The notes below the pieces were generated by a model. It was not told the DNA's origin. It did no database searches and saw only the letters and a list, made by a program, of their open reading frames with translations. A stretch of DNA of 64,000 bases. It comes from Actinomycetes bacterium (GTDB taxonomy: Bacteria; Actinomycetota; Thermoleophilia; Solirubrobacterales; 70-9). Location of the stretch: the NCBI GenBank assembly GCA_023434465.1, contig JAEYSQ010000082.1, positions 1,176 through 65,175 of the forward strand. Reading direction: 5' to 3'. The first letter of the stretch is position 1. Each line of letters opens with the position of its first letter. The position numbers were made by a program, and so were the translations under genes. This document shows positions 53,436-62,527 of this stretch, in pieces.

Positions 53436-54343
53436 TGCCGCGCCCGCTCTGGAAAGGCACCGTTTCATTCGGACTGGTCAGCGTGCCGGTCCAGATGTGG
53501 TCGGCGATCCGGAACCAGAAGATCAGCTTCCGGGAGATCCACGAGAAGGACGGATCTCCGGTCAAGCATGTTCGCTACTGCGCCGAGGAAGAAAAGCCAG
53601 TCGACCCCTCCGAGATCGGTCGCGCCTATGAGCTAGACGGCAAGCTGATCCCGATTACCGACGAGGAACTCGATCAGCTTGCACCCGAGAAGACCCAGAC
53701 GATCGAGATCGAGAGCTTCACGCCACGGACCCAGGTCGATCCGATCCGCTTCGACCATCCCTACTACCTGATACCCGGCGACAAGACGGTCGGCACCCTG
53801 AGGGCGTACCGTCTCCTCGTCGCAGCGATGGGGGAGAGCGACCTGCTGGCCCTCGGCAAGTTCGTTATGCGAAACCGGGAATACCTGGCGGCGATCCGGG
53901 TCTACGGCGAGGGTCTCGCCCTCTCGACGATGCATTTCCCGGCCGAGATCCGCTCGACCGAAGAAATCCCCGGACCGGAAGAGGTTCCCGAGAAGGAAGA
54001 GCTCAAGGACGCGATCTCGATCATCGAGGAACGCTCGACGGACTGGGATCCGGCATCGTTCAAGGATCAGCACCGGGCCCGCCTGATGAAGGTGATCGAG
54101 AAGAAACGCAAGGGGTCGAAGATCAAGCTGCCGGCGGCTGCCGAGGAAGAAAAGCCGACCGCGGCACCGGACCTGATGACCGCTCTGAGAAAGACCCTCG
54201 CCGAGTCGCGCGGCAAGCGCCGCAAGCCCCAGGATCTGAGCCGCCTCTCGAAGGACGAGCTCTACGAGATGGCCAGCCAGCGGGGGTTGAAGGGCCGCTC
54301 GTCGATGAACAAGCAGCAGCTTCTCAAAGCGTTGCGGCGCTGA
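53435..54343 (+). CDS. ku: Ku protein, paralogue 2 (C-terminal Rho_N/HeH-like module)
   Basis: RPLWKGTVSFGLVSVPVQMWSA, FREIH, TIEIESF, NREYLAAIR. The tail is LSKDELYEMASQRGLKGRSSMNKQQLLKALRR. Its ATG overlaps the stop of Ku paralogue 1 (TGATG). Confidence 0.92.
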   Translation: MPRPLWKGTVSFGLVSVPVQMWSAIRNQKISFREIHEKDGSPVKHVRYCAEEEKPVDPSEIGRAYELDGKLIPITDEELDQLAPEKTQTIEIESFTPRTQVDPIRFDHPYYLIPGDKTVGTLRAYRLLVAAMGESDLLALGKFVMRNREYLAAIRVYGEGLALSTMHFPAEIRSTEEIPGPEEVPEKEELKDAISIIEERSTDWDPASFKDQHRARLMKVIEKKRKGSKIKLPAAAEEEKPTAAPDLMTALRKTLAESRGKRRKPQDLSRLSKDELYEMASQRGLKGRSSMNKQQLLKALRR

Positions 54344-54424
54344 AGTTTCCTCGCCTTTCGGCCGGGGTACCCGGGACTCCAAGTGAACCGGGTGCGCCCC
54401 GGATCGAACCGAAGGAGTTATCCG

Positions 54425-54691
54425 ATGCCCAAGGGATCAGACCATGGACCGAGCGTCAAGGACGACAAGCTTTACGAGGAGCTGCGCGAGGACGGCGCCA
54501 GCAAGGAGAAGGCCGCACGCATTGCCAACGCCAAGGCTTCCGGAGAGAACGTCGGCAAGAAGGGCGGCGAAGCCGAAGATTACGAGGATCGCACGGTTGA
54601 GGAACTCCGCGACCGGGCAGCCGAGATCGGGATAGACGGCCGTTCGGACATGAACAAGAAGGAACTGATCAACGCCCTGCGCAACCACTGA
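54425..54691 (+). CDS. small protein with Rho_N (Rho termination factor N-terminal-like) C-terminal module
   Basis: MPKGSDHGPSVKDDKLYEELREDGASKEKAARIANA...TVEELRDRAAEIGIDGRSDMNKKELINALRNH. ATG 54425 is preceded by AAGGAG. Confidence 0.75.
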   Translation: MPKGSDHGPSVKDDKLYEELREDGASKEKAARIANAKASGENVGKKGGEAEDYEDRTVEELRDRAAEIGIDGRSDMNKKELINALRNH

Positions 54692-54695
54692 GGAA

Positions 54696-55664
54696 TCAGA
54701 GTGGGCCGACGTTAAAGGCCGGCAAGACCTCGGACTCGTAGAAACGGAAGAAATCCGGGCCGGTCGGACCGACCTGGTGGACATAGACATGAGAGAACCC
54801 GGCATCGACGAACTCGGTGAGGGCTTCGATGTGGCGTTCTGGGTCGGGACCACAGACGATCGAATCCCGAATCTGGTCGAGATCAACGTTCCCGGATGCC
54901 TCCTCGAAATGCGATGGAAGCGGGAGCTCGACGAACAGGTTGCCTGGCACTCCGGAGTTCGGCCACCATTCCAGGGCGGTTTTGGCAGCTTCCTCTTCGG
55001 AGTCGCCCCAGCAAACGTGCACCTGTCCGTAGGCTGGCTTTCCTTCACCGCCCGCCCGGTGGAACTGTTCGAGCATGTCCTCGGCGGGAGCGAGCCCGAC
55101 CAGGCCGTCACCCTTCTCGCCGGCCATCCGGGTCGCGTTCTCGCCCGCCGTTGCGATGAGGATCGGTGGCGGCTCCTCGGGGAGCGTGAAGATGCGCGCG
55201 TTTTCGACCTCGAAGTGCCGGCCGCGATGACTGATCATTTCTCCGCTCCAGAGCTCCCGGATCACATCGATCGCCTCTTCGAGCATCTCCTGCCGGACGG
55301 GGACCGAAGGCCAGCGGTCACCGAGGATGTGTTCGTTCAGGTTTTCGCCGCTGCCCACTCCGAGCGAGAAGCGCCCCGGCATCAGACAGGCGGTCGTGGC
55401 TGCAGCCTGGGCGATGATCGCTGGATGGATTCTCGTGGTCGGACAGGTGACCCCGGTCATCACCGGGATCGACTTCGTTGCCTGTGCGACCGCGCCGAGC
55501 ACCGACCAGACGAAGGGAGAGTTCCCCTGCCGGTCGACCCAGGGATGGAAGTGGTCCGAGATCGAGAGGAAGTCGAAACCGGACTGCTCCGCATCGACCG
55601 CATGCGAAACCAGCGAACCGGGTCCGTTTTCTTCGCTCGACAGTGTGAATCCGATCTTGACCAT
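54696..55664 (-). CDS. LLM-class (luciferase-like) F420-dependent oxidoreductase, G6PDH-family type
   Basis: MVKIGFTLSSEENGP...GFDFLSISDHFHPW is typical of this subfamily, from memory. Start at ATG 55664. Confidence 0.8.
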   Translation of the reverse strand: MVKIGFTLSSEENGPGSLVSHAVDAEQSGFDFLSISDHFHPWVDRQGNSPFVWSVLGAVAQATKSIPVMTGVTCPTTRIHPAIIAQAAATTACLMPGRFSLGVGSGENLNEHILGDRWPSVPVRQEMLEEAIDVIRELWSGEMISHRGRHFEVENARIFTLPEEPPPILIATAGENATRMAGEKGDGLVGLAPAEDMLEQFHRAGGEGKPAYGQVHVCWGDSEEEAAKTALEWWPNSGVPGNLFVELPLPSHFEEASGNVDLDQIRDSIVCGPDPERHIEALTEFVDAGFSHVYVHQVGPTGPDFFRFYESEVLPAFNVGPL

Positions 55665-55737
55665 TGCGGGCGGGTACCCCTGAGGACGGGCGTAAAACGA
55701 CGATTCAGGGCGATCTGTTCCGGGTACTGCTTCCATC

Positions 55738-56613
55738 ATGGAAGCTCATACGGAAGAATCCCGTGAATCAGGCGCTGAGCGAACTCCCGACGAAGATCGG
55801 CACCGAATACTCCTGGTCGCCGACGACAAGGTGGACGGAAACGATCTGACCCGGGAACTGCAAAGCCATGTTGGAGATGCCGCAGGGAAACCGGAGGTGC
55901 TGGTGATCTCACCGGCGATCTCGCACTCCCGGCTCGACCAGGAACTCGGAAACGTCGACCCGGTCATGCCCGAGGCGGCCGAGCGCATGGAGGCTCTGGT
56001 CAAGGAACTGAGCGAAGCCGGCTTCAAGGCGACCGGAACCGTGGGTGATGGAGACCTGCTCGTCGCGATCGGCGACGGACTGGCTGAGTTCAAGGCCGAC
56101 GAGATCGTTGCCGTCAACCATGTCGAGGAAGAGGCGGAACCGGCCGAGCGAGGACTCTGGACACGTTTGAAAGACGAGTTTCACCAGCCTGTGACGCTGC
56201 TGACCGTTTCGAATCAGGGCCGGGCCGAAGACGAGGGAGCCGAAATCGTTTCAACCGAGCACGCTCCCGCCCATGAAGTGACCCACGAGGAGGAGATCCG
56301 GGAAAACAGAAACTTCCCGCCGCTCAAATCCAGGGATATCGCCGGGATCCTCTTCGGCATCCTCGGCACCATCGCCCTCGGAATGATCGCCGTTTTCTCG
56401 GGCGACGGGGATGACGGCAACCTCACCGGCCGCACGGCGGCGATTCTTCTGATCGCGATCGGTGCCTTTCTCATCAACGTCGCTCACGTCGTCGGGCTGC
56501 TCTTCTTCCAGAGCGTCCGTTACACCGGCTTGTGGGACAAGTTCATGGCCAGGATGTCGATCGGCGTCACATCGATTGGACTGATCGTCGCGCTCGTGCT
56601 CTGGCTCGCCTGA
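55738..56613 (+). CDS. hypothetical protein: cytosolic alpha/beta-looking domain plus 3 C-terminal TM helices
   Basis: Coherent ORF with acidic N-terminal domain (RILLVADDKVDGNDL...EVLVISPA) and helices IAGILFGILGTIALGMIAVF, AAILLIAIGAFLINVAHVVGLLFF, IGVTSIGLIVALVLWL. No family assigned. Confidence 0.5.
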   Translation: MEAHTEESRESGAERTPDEDRHRILLVADDKVDGNDLTRELQSHVGDAAGKPEVLVISPAISHSRLDQELGNVDPVMPEAAERMEALVKELSEAGFKATGTVGDGDLLVAIGDGLAEFKADEIVAVNHVEEEAEPAERGLWTRLKDEFHQPVTLLTVSNQGRAEDEGAEIVSTEHAPAHEVTHEEEIRENRNFPPLKSRDIAGILFGILGTIALGMIAVFSGDGDDGNLTGRTAAILLIAIGAFLINVAHVVGLLFFQSVRYTGLWDKFMARMSIGVTSIGLIVALVLWLA

Positions 56614-56636
56614 AGCTCTCGACGAAAGGACCGTTC

Positions 56637-57197
56637 ATGCCCGAAATGAATCAGCGGCTGAAAGGCAAGCGAATTGCCATCCTCAGCGACAACGAAGGTG
56701 TCGAAGAGATCGAACTCAAGGGTCCCCTCCAGGCTCTGAGGGACGCCGGGGCCGACGTCCATCTGCTCGCCCCGGAAGAAGGCGAAATCCAGGCCTTCAA
56801 CCATCTTGAGAAGGGCAGCAGGTTCACGGTCGATCGGGCCGTGGGGAACGTGGGGCCGGCCGAATACGATGCGCTGGTCCTTCCCGGAGGGGTCGCCAAT
56901 CCGGACAACCTGCGAACCGACGAGGAAGCGGTCCGGTTCGCCCGGTCCTTCTTCGATGAAGACAAACCGGTTGGTGCGATCTGTCACGCGCCGTGGACTT
57001 TGGTCGAAGCCGGGGTCGTGAAGGGCCGGACCCTTACCTCCTGGCCCAGCCTGCGCACTGACATCGAGAACGCCGGGGGCGAATGGGTCGACGAGGAAGT
57101 GCACATCGACGGCAAGCTGGTCACCAGTCGCAAACCGGAAGACCTCGAGCAGTTCTGTCACAGCCTGGTCGAAGTCTTCTCGGAAGACGTAACCTGA
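56637..57197 (+). CDS. DJ-1/PfpI-family protein (type 1 glutamine amidotransferase-like)
   Basis: KRIAILSDNEGVEEIEL, DALVLPGG, nucleophile elbow GAICHAPW, VTSRKPEDL. Confidence 0.9.
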   Translation: MPEMNQRLKGKRIAILSDNEGVEEIELKGPLQALRDAGADVHLLAPEEGEIQAFNHLEKGSRFTVDRAVGNVGPAEYDALVLPGGVANPDNLRTDEEAVRFARSFFDEDKPVGAICHAPWTLVEAGVVKGRTLTSWPSLRTDIENAGGEWVDEEVHIDGKLVTSRKPEDLEQFCHSLVEVFSEDVT

Positions 57198-57211
57198 GGG
57201 CTGCTCCGGTT

Positions 57212-57685
57212 TCAGTCGTTGCGGACCTTGAACCTGATCATCACCGGCAAGAGAAACCAGCAGAGGAACGCCACGATGGTCGAACCCCCCGCAACCAACA
57301 CGGTCGCGGTCGAGTCGTAGAGGAAGTCGGTGATCAGGGCAAGAGCGCCGATCACCGCGATCGAGAGTGTCGCCAGGCCGGCGATGCTCAACCGGTTCGA
57401 GAGCAGCAGGATCCGCTCCTTCTGTTGTTTGCGAAAGGTGAGTCTGTGGAAAGCGGTCGGAGCCATCAAAAGGAACATCGAACTCGCTGCGAGCAGGAGG
57501 GTTACGAAGTACAGGCTCTCCTGAAAATCGGTGACCTCCGAGAAGCGCCGCTGAAAGGGCACCGCAAGAAGGAAGGCGAAGAGAACCTGAACCCCCGGCA
57601 GGGCGATCCGGAGTTCCTGAAGTAGCTCGTCGAGGTTGCGGTCTAACCGCTGCCACTCCTCCTCGTTGCGGGGACTCACATCCAT
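57212..57685 (-). CDS. DUF6328-like membrane protein
   Basis: RLDRNLDELLQELRIALPGVQVLFAFLLAVPFQRRF followed by 3 more TM helices. Family name from memory. Confidence 0.65.
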   Translation of the reverse strand: MDVSPRNEEEWQRLDRNLDELLQELRIALPGVQVLFAFLLAVPFQRRFSEVTDFQESLYFVTLLLAASSMFLLMAPTAFHRLTFRKQQKERILLLSNRLSIAGLATLSIAVIGALALITDFLYDSTATVLVAGGSTIVAFLCWFLLPVMIRFKVRND

Positions 57686-57757
57686 GGTTCCAGAATACCC
57701 CGGGAAAGCCGGGCCAACCGGTGATTGACCCCGACTCGCCCGGGTAGCATCCGGGCG

Positions 57758-58297
57758 ATGGATTCAACTCGAGTCATCCTGATCATCGACATGATCAGCA
57801 CCTGGGATTTCGAAGGTGCGGAGCAAGCCGCGGATGGAGCGGGGGAGGTGGTCGATGCGATCAATCGGCTGCGCGGTCTAGAAGGACCGAGTGTGGTCTT
57901 CGCCAATGATCTGAGTGAAGGTTTCCACGGGTCCCGGGAACGGGCCTTTGAACTCGCTCTCGCCGGCTCGTGTCCGCATCTGGTCCGGCCGCTCGAGCCG
58001 AAACCGGCCGAGGACTTCATTCACAAGGGACAGCACTCGGCTTTTTACGGGACGCCGTTGGCTCACCTGCTCGAGATCCGGGACGCCGGGGAAGTGATTC
58101 TCGCGGGCCAGGTGACCGAACAATGCGTGCTTTACACGGCGCTCGATGCGCATGTGCGGGGCTTCGAGATCACCGTGGTCACCGACGCAGTTCTCTCGCT
58201 GGAAGAGCATCTCGGGGCGGCGGCACTCGAGATGATGCGCGAGAACATGGGAGCGAAGCTGGTCACCAGCCGGGAAGTTCCGGAAGGCCCTTCCTGA
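57758..58297 (+). CDS. isochorismatase-family cysteine hydrolase
   Basis: Catalytic triad context: LIIDM (Asp), FIHKGQHSAF (Lys), LAGQVTEQCVLYTALDA (Cys). Confidence 0.85.
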   Translation: MDSTRVILIIDMISTWDFEGAEQAADGAGEVVDAINRLRGLEGPSVVFANDLSEGFHGSRERAFELALAGSCPHLVRPLEPKPAEDFIHKGQHSAFYGTPLAHLLEIRDAGEVILAGQVTEQCVLYTALDAHVRGFEITVVTDAVLSLEEHLGAAALEMMRENMGAKLVTSREVPEGPS

Positions 58298-58309
58298 GAG
58301 GGAGTGGGG

Positions 58310-59497
58310 TCAGGGTTTCAGCACGACCTTGATCGCCCCGTCGTCCTTCTTCTGGAACATCTCGTAGGCCTCGGGCGCCCGTTCGAGGGGCCACTTGTGG
58401 GTGGCCAGGTCGTCAACGCCCAGCGGGTCGTCGCCCAGCGGGTCCAGCAGGGGCATGATCTGATCGGTCCAGCGGCGCACATGCGCCTGACCCATCCGCA
58501 GCTGAAGCCCCTTGTCGAAGATCTGCATCATCGGCAGCGGGTCGAGCTGGCCGCCGTATACACCCGAGATCGAGACGGTGCCGCCTCTCCTCACGCTGTC
58601 GAAACATGCGAGCAGGGCCGTAAGCCGGTCGACCGCAGCTTCCTTCGTGAGTTTCGCTGCGGCCGGATCTGGAAGGATGCGGGTCGCCTTCTGCATGAAC
58701 TCGGCCGCGGGCGCGCCGTGCGCTTCCATGCCCACCGCATCGATCACGCTGTCGGGGCCACGGCCGCCGGTCAGTTCCCTGAGGGGTTCGGAAATGTCCT
58801 CGTAATCCTTCAGGTTCAGGGTTTCGACGTCATGGCGGCCGGCCATCGCGAGCCGCTCGTCAACCATGTCGACCCCGTAGACCTTTTCTGCGCCCTGGTA
58901 GCGGGCGATCCTCGCGCACATCTGGCCGATCGGTCCGAGTCCGAAGACCGCCACCGATCCACCCTTTGGAACCGCCGCATACTCGACTGCCTGCCAGGCG
59001 GTGGGCAGGACATCCGAGAGGTACAGATACCGCTCGTCCGGACCCTCTTCCGGAACCTTGATCGGTCCGAACTGGGCCTGGGGAACCCGGAGATACTCGG
59101 CCTGGCCGCCCGGGACCTGGCCATAGAGTTTCGTGTATCCAAACAACGAGGCGCCCTTGTCCTGCTCGCGGTTCTGGGTTGTCTCGCATTGGGCGTATAG
59201 CTTCTGGTCGCACATCCAGCAGTCGCCACAGGAGATGTTGAACGGCACCACAACCCGGTCGCCCGGTGAAAGGTCCGTGACCGCACTCCCGGTCTCCTCG
59301 ACGATCCCCATCGGCTCGTGACCGAGAATGTCTCCTTCATCCATGAACATCCCGAGTACCCCGTAGAGGTGCAGATCCGAGCCACAGATCGCGGTCGAAG
59401 TGACTCGAATTATCGCGTCGGTCGGTTCCTCGATCCGGGGATCGTCGACCTCGTCCACCCGTACATCCTGGTTGCCGTGAAAGGTCAGGGCCTTCAT
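58310..59497 (-). CDS. zinc-dependent alcohol dehydrogenase (glutathione-independent formaldehyde dehydrogenase-like)
   Basis: AICGSDLH, GHEPMGIVEE, structural-Zn CGDCWMCDQKLYAQC, GLGPIG. Confidence 0.9.
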   Translation of the reverse strand: MKALTFHGNQDVRVDEVDDPRIEEPTDAIIRVTSTAICGSDLHLYGVLGMFMDEGDILGHEPMGIVEETGSAVTDLSPGDRVVVPFNISCGDCWMCDQKLYAQCETTQNREQDKGASLFGYTKLYGQVPGGQAEYLRVPQAQFGPIKVPEEGPDERYLYLSDVLPTAWQAVEYAAVPKGGSVAVFGLGPIGQMCARIARYQGAEKVYGVDMVDERLAMAGRHDVETLNLKDYEDISEPLRELTGGRGPDSVIDAVGMEAHGAPAAEFMQKATRILPDPAAAKLTKEAAVDRLTALLACFDSVRRGGTVSISGVYGGQLDPLPMMQIFDKGLQLRMGQAHVRRWTDQIMPLLDPLGDDPLGVDDLATHKWPLERAPEAYEMFQKKDDGAIKVVLKP

Positions 59498-60081
59498 CTT
59501 GGTTCTCCTTCCGGATCGGGTATCAGCGTCGTAACGGAGACGCCGGTGTCACTTAGTTCTTCCTTCAGAGCAAGCGCAAACGATCGAACGAACGAAGTCG
59601 ATGCTCTGTAGACGGCCTGGTGGGATCCGGGCAAGGGCGAGGCGACCGATGAGGTGAACAGAATTCGTCCCCGGTCACGGCTGACCATCGCCTGGACCTG
59701 AAGCTTGCAGAGATGCACGGTCGACTTCACGTTCAGGTTGATGATCTCCATTTCCTGACCGAGCTCGGTTCCACCAGCGAATGAGCCGCCGGCTCCAATC
59801 CCGGTATTGAGGACCAGCGCGTCGACTGGCCGGCCGTCGGCGACGATGCTCTCGTGGAAGCTCTCGACCCCCTCGGAGCGAGCCAGGTCGACTCGGACCG
59901 CTTCGACTGAGGTCGAGCGCGAAAGCTCTTCGCGGGCACCTTCCAGCTCGGCGTCTTCAGACGCGATCATGAGGTCGTAACCATCTGCCGCAAGCAGTCG
60001 AGCGATTTCGAACCCGATGCCGCGAGACGCGCCGGTTATGACGGCGAAAGGTCTGGTGCTGGAATCCAATGGTCCTTCCAT
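59494..60081 (-). CDS. SDR-family protein, atypical (C-terminally short, YxxxK lysine replaced by Thr)
   Basis: ITGASRGIG, NTGIG, TSSVAS, then Y-RAS-T instead of YxxxK. It ends ...VTTLIPDPEGEPR* with its stop overlapping the ADH start (ATGA). See the finding. Confidence 0.65.
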   Translation of the reverse strand: MEGPLDSSTRPFAVITGASRGIGFEIARLLAADGYDLMIASEDAELEGAREELSRSTSVEAVRVDLARSEGVESFHESIVADGRPVDALVLNTGIGAGGSFAGGTELGQEMEIINLNVKSTVHLCKLQVQAMVSRDRGRILFTSSVASPLPGSHQAVYRASTSFVRSFALALKEELSDTGVSVTTLIPDPEGEPR

Positions 60082-60152
60082 GCCTCGTGATCCTGCCCGC
60101 TCCGGCCGGGCCGAAATCTTCCGGTACCCGCAGGTCGGCTCCCGAACCGGGT

Positions 60153-61157
60153 TCAGGCTCCGAGCAGCTCTCTGACGCTCTTTTCACCAGTTGAAAGGCT
60201 CCTGAGGGACCTCCGTCCGTTGGTCCCGCCAGCTTCGATCATCTGACCGTTCCGATAGAGGTCGAACAGACGCGGGTCGATATACGAACTGCGAGCGACC
60301 GCCGGGGTGTTGCCGAGTTCCTCGGCCACGGATTCGACCGCCTCCCTGATCGCCCGGTCCCGTCTTCTGGCCGTTTCAGGCATTCCCGATTTGGCGAGAG
60401 CCACCGCCGCGAGCACGGTGCCGTGCCAGGTTCGGAAGTCCTTGACCGAGAAGCGGTCGTCGGTGTTCTCCTTCAGGTAGGCGTTGAGGTCGTCCGCGCT
60501 CACGTCCACCCAGTCCTTGCCGTCGCGGAAAACGAGAAAGTCGTCGGGTCCGCTGCGGCGGCGGAGCAGCTTCTCGGTGAGTCCACGGCACGCCTTGTCG
60601 CGGATCGCGACGGACTTTTCGAGAGAACCCTTGCCGATGTACTCGAAGAGCACTTCGTCGGGGTGCTCTCCCATCGATACGTGGTCACGCTGAATGGTGG
60701 CGACGCCGTAGGTTTCGTTCTCGGCCGCGTACTGGTCGCCGCCCACCCGGAAATATCCGAGGTCGATCAGCCGGATCCCGCAGGCCAGAACGCTTCGCCT
60801 GCCGGTGTCGTCCGGGTCGAGATCCCTGACGACGGCACGCCGGAGGGGGGCAAGCCGGTCGGCGAAGTCGAGCATCGACTCGAACTTCCTGGCAGCCCGG
60901 GTTTCGGTCCATTTCTGGTGGTAGAGATACTGCTTGCGGCCGGCGTCATCGACGCCGGTGGCCTGGATGTGGCCGTTGTCCCGGGGACAGATCCAGACGT
61001 CGGTCCAGGCCGGCGGGATCACCAGGCCTTTGATCCTTTCGATCAGGTCACGATCCGCGATCCGTTCTCCGGCTTCGTCGAGATAGACGAACCCCTTGCC
61101 CGCCCGACGCCGGGTGATGCCGGGACTGCTGCAATCGGATCGTTTGAGCCTCGCCAA
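60153..61157 (-). CDS. bacterial (poxvirus-type) DNA topoisomerase IB
   Basis: GFVYLDEAGERI...IPPAWTDVWICP...GHIQATGVDDAGRKQYLYH, KDFRTWHGT, and VARSSYIDPR (catalytic Tyr context). Confidence 0.85.
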   Translation of the reverse strand: MARLKRSDCSSPGITRRRAGKGFVYLDEAGERIADRDLIERIKGLVIPPAWTDVWICPRDNGHIQATGVDDAGRKQYLYHQKWTETRAARKFESMLDFADRLAPLRRAVVRDLDPDDTGRRSVLACGIRLIDLGYFRVGGDQYAAENETYGVATIQRDHVSMGEHPDEVLFEYIGKGSLEKSVAIRDKACRGLTEKLLRRRSGPDDFLVFRDGKDWVDVSADDLNAYLKENTDDRFSVKDFRTWHGTVLAAVALAKSGMPETARRRDRAIREAVESVAEELGNTPAVARSSYIDPRLFDLYRNGQMIEAGGTNGRRSLRSLSTGEKSVRELLGA

Positions 61158-61160
61158 GTC

Positions 61161-62501
61161 CTAATCCCGTAGCCGTCGTCCCAGGGTCATTGCTCCGTAG
61201 ATGATGACTCCCAGACCGATCAAGGCGAGACCTCGAAGCCAGACTTCGTTGGTTTGCTGCGTCAACAAGACGATGCACGACACGACCGCGAGAACCGGAA
61301 AGAGGGAAGGGATCGTGAAGTGTTCATGCTCGACCTCGTCTCGCCGCAATACGAGGACAGCGACGTTCGTGCTGAGGAAGACGAAAAGGAGGAGCAGCAC
61401 GACAGTTTCGGCCAGAGTCGCCAGGTCGCCGAGAAAGGTCAGGACAATGGCCAGGCTGGTCGTCACTAGAATCGCGACCCAAGGGGTACGTCGGCCGGGC
61501 AGGACCGCCTTGAGCGGTGAGGGAAGGAGGCCTTCCTTCGACATGCCGTAAGCCATGCGGCTTGACATGATCATGGTCAGCAGCGCTCCGTTGGCGACGG
61601 CGACCAGGGCGATCGCACTGAATATCTTGTCCGGGATTCCGATTCCGCTCACATCGACCACGGTCAGGAGCGGGCCGGTCGATTCGGTGAGCTGGGCGAT
61701 CGGAACTGTGGCCGATGCCGCCACTCCGACCACCATGTAGATGATCCCGGCGGTGATGATCGCTCCGAACAGCGCCCGGGGATAGACACGGGAGGGATCC
61801 TCGATTTCCTCGGCAACGTTCGCCGTCGTCTCGAATCCGACGAAGGAGTAGAAGGCGAGGATCGCGCCGGCAAAGATGGCGGGGATCGCTGCTTTCTCGT
61901 CGGTCAGTTCGAAGGCCCGGCCGGCGTCGCCGTTGCCCTCGGCGAAGAAGTAGCAGGCGGCCACGATGACCAGCACCAGGCCGGTCAGTTCAATCACGGT
62001 CATGACCACGTTGGCACGCATCGACTCGCGAATGCCGCGTGCGTTCAGCGCGCCGATGATCAGCAGGAAAAGTACGGCTCCCAGTTCCGCGGAGATGTCG
62101 ATGAAGGTCTGGAGATACTCGCCGGAAAAGGCGTGGGCGAGACCGGCCGCGCTGACCACCCCGGCGGCCAGCATCGAGTAGCCGACGAGGAAGGACAGCA
62201 GGGGCGACCGGTAGGCGCGCTCCGCGTAGACGGCGGACCCGCCCGCTTTGGGGTACTTGGTGACCAGTTCGGCGTAGGAGCCGGCCGTCAGGAGCGCCAG
62301 CGCGAGAGCGACCGCCATCGGTGCCCAGATCGCACCGCCAACCTCACCCGCCACTTCGCCGACCAGCGCGTAGATGCCGGCGCCGAGCACATCACCGAGC
62401 ACGAACAGAAAAAGCAGCTTTCCGGTGATCGCGCGTTTCAGGCGCGGCTCTCCCGTTTCAGTATCGGTTCCCATTTCGTCTGTTTGTACCCGCGACAACA
62501 C
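61161..62501 (-). CDS. APC-superfamily amino-acid permease
   Basis: 12-TM protein with the N-terminal motif FLFVLGDVLGAGIYALVGEVA. The start could instead be ATG 62474. Confidence 0.9.
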   Translation of the reverse strand: MLSRVQTDEMGTDTETGEPRLKRAITGKLLFLFVLGDVLGAGIYALVGEVAGEVGGAIWAPMAVALALALLTAGSYAELVTKYPKAGGSAVYAERAYRSPLLSFLVGYSMLAAGVVSAAGLAHAFSGEYLQTFIDISAELGAVLFLLIIGALNARGIRESMRANVVMTVIELTGLVLVIVAACYFFAEGNGDAGRAFELTDEKAAIPAIFAGAILAFYSFVGFETTANVAEEIEDPSRVYPRALFGAIITAGIIYMVVGVAASATVPIAQLTESTGPLLTVVDVSGIGIPDKIFSAIALVAVANGALLTMIMSSRMAYGMSKEGLLPSPLKAVLPGRRTPWVAILVTTSLAIVLTFLGDLATLAETVVLLLLFVFLSTNVAVLVLRRDEVEHEHFTIPSLFPVLAVVSCIVLLTQQTNEVWLRGLALIGLGVIIYGAMTLGRRLRD

Positions 62502-62527
62502 TTTTCGAACGCCGGTCGCGCGGGTAG

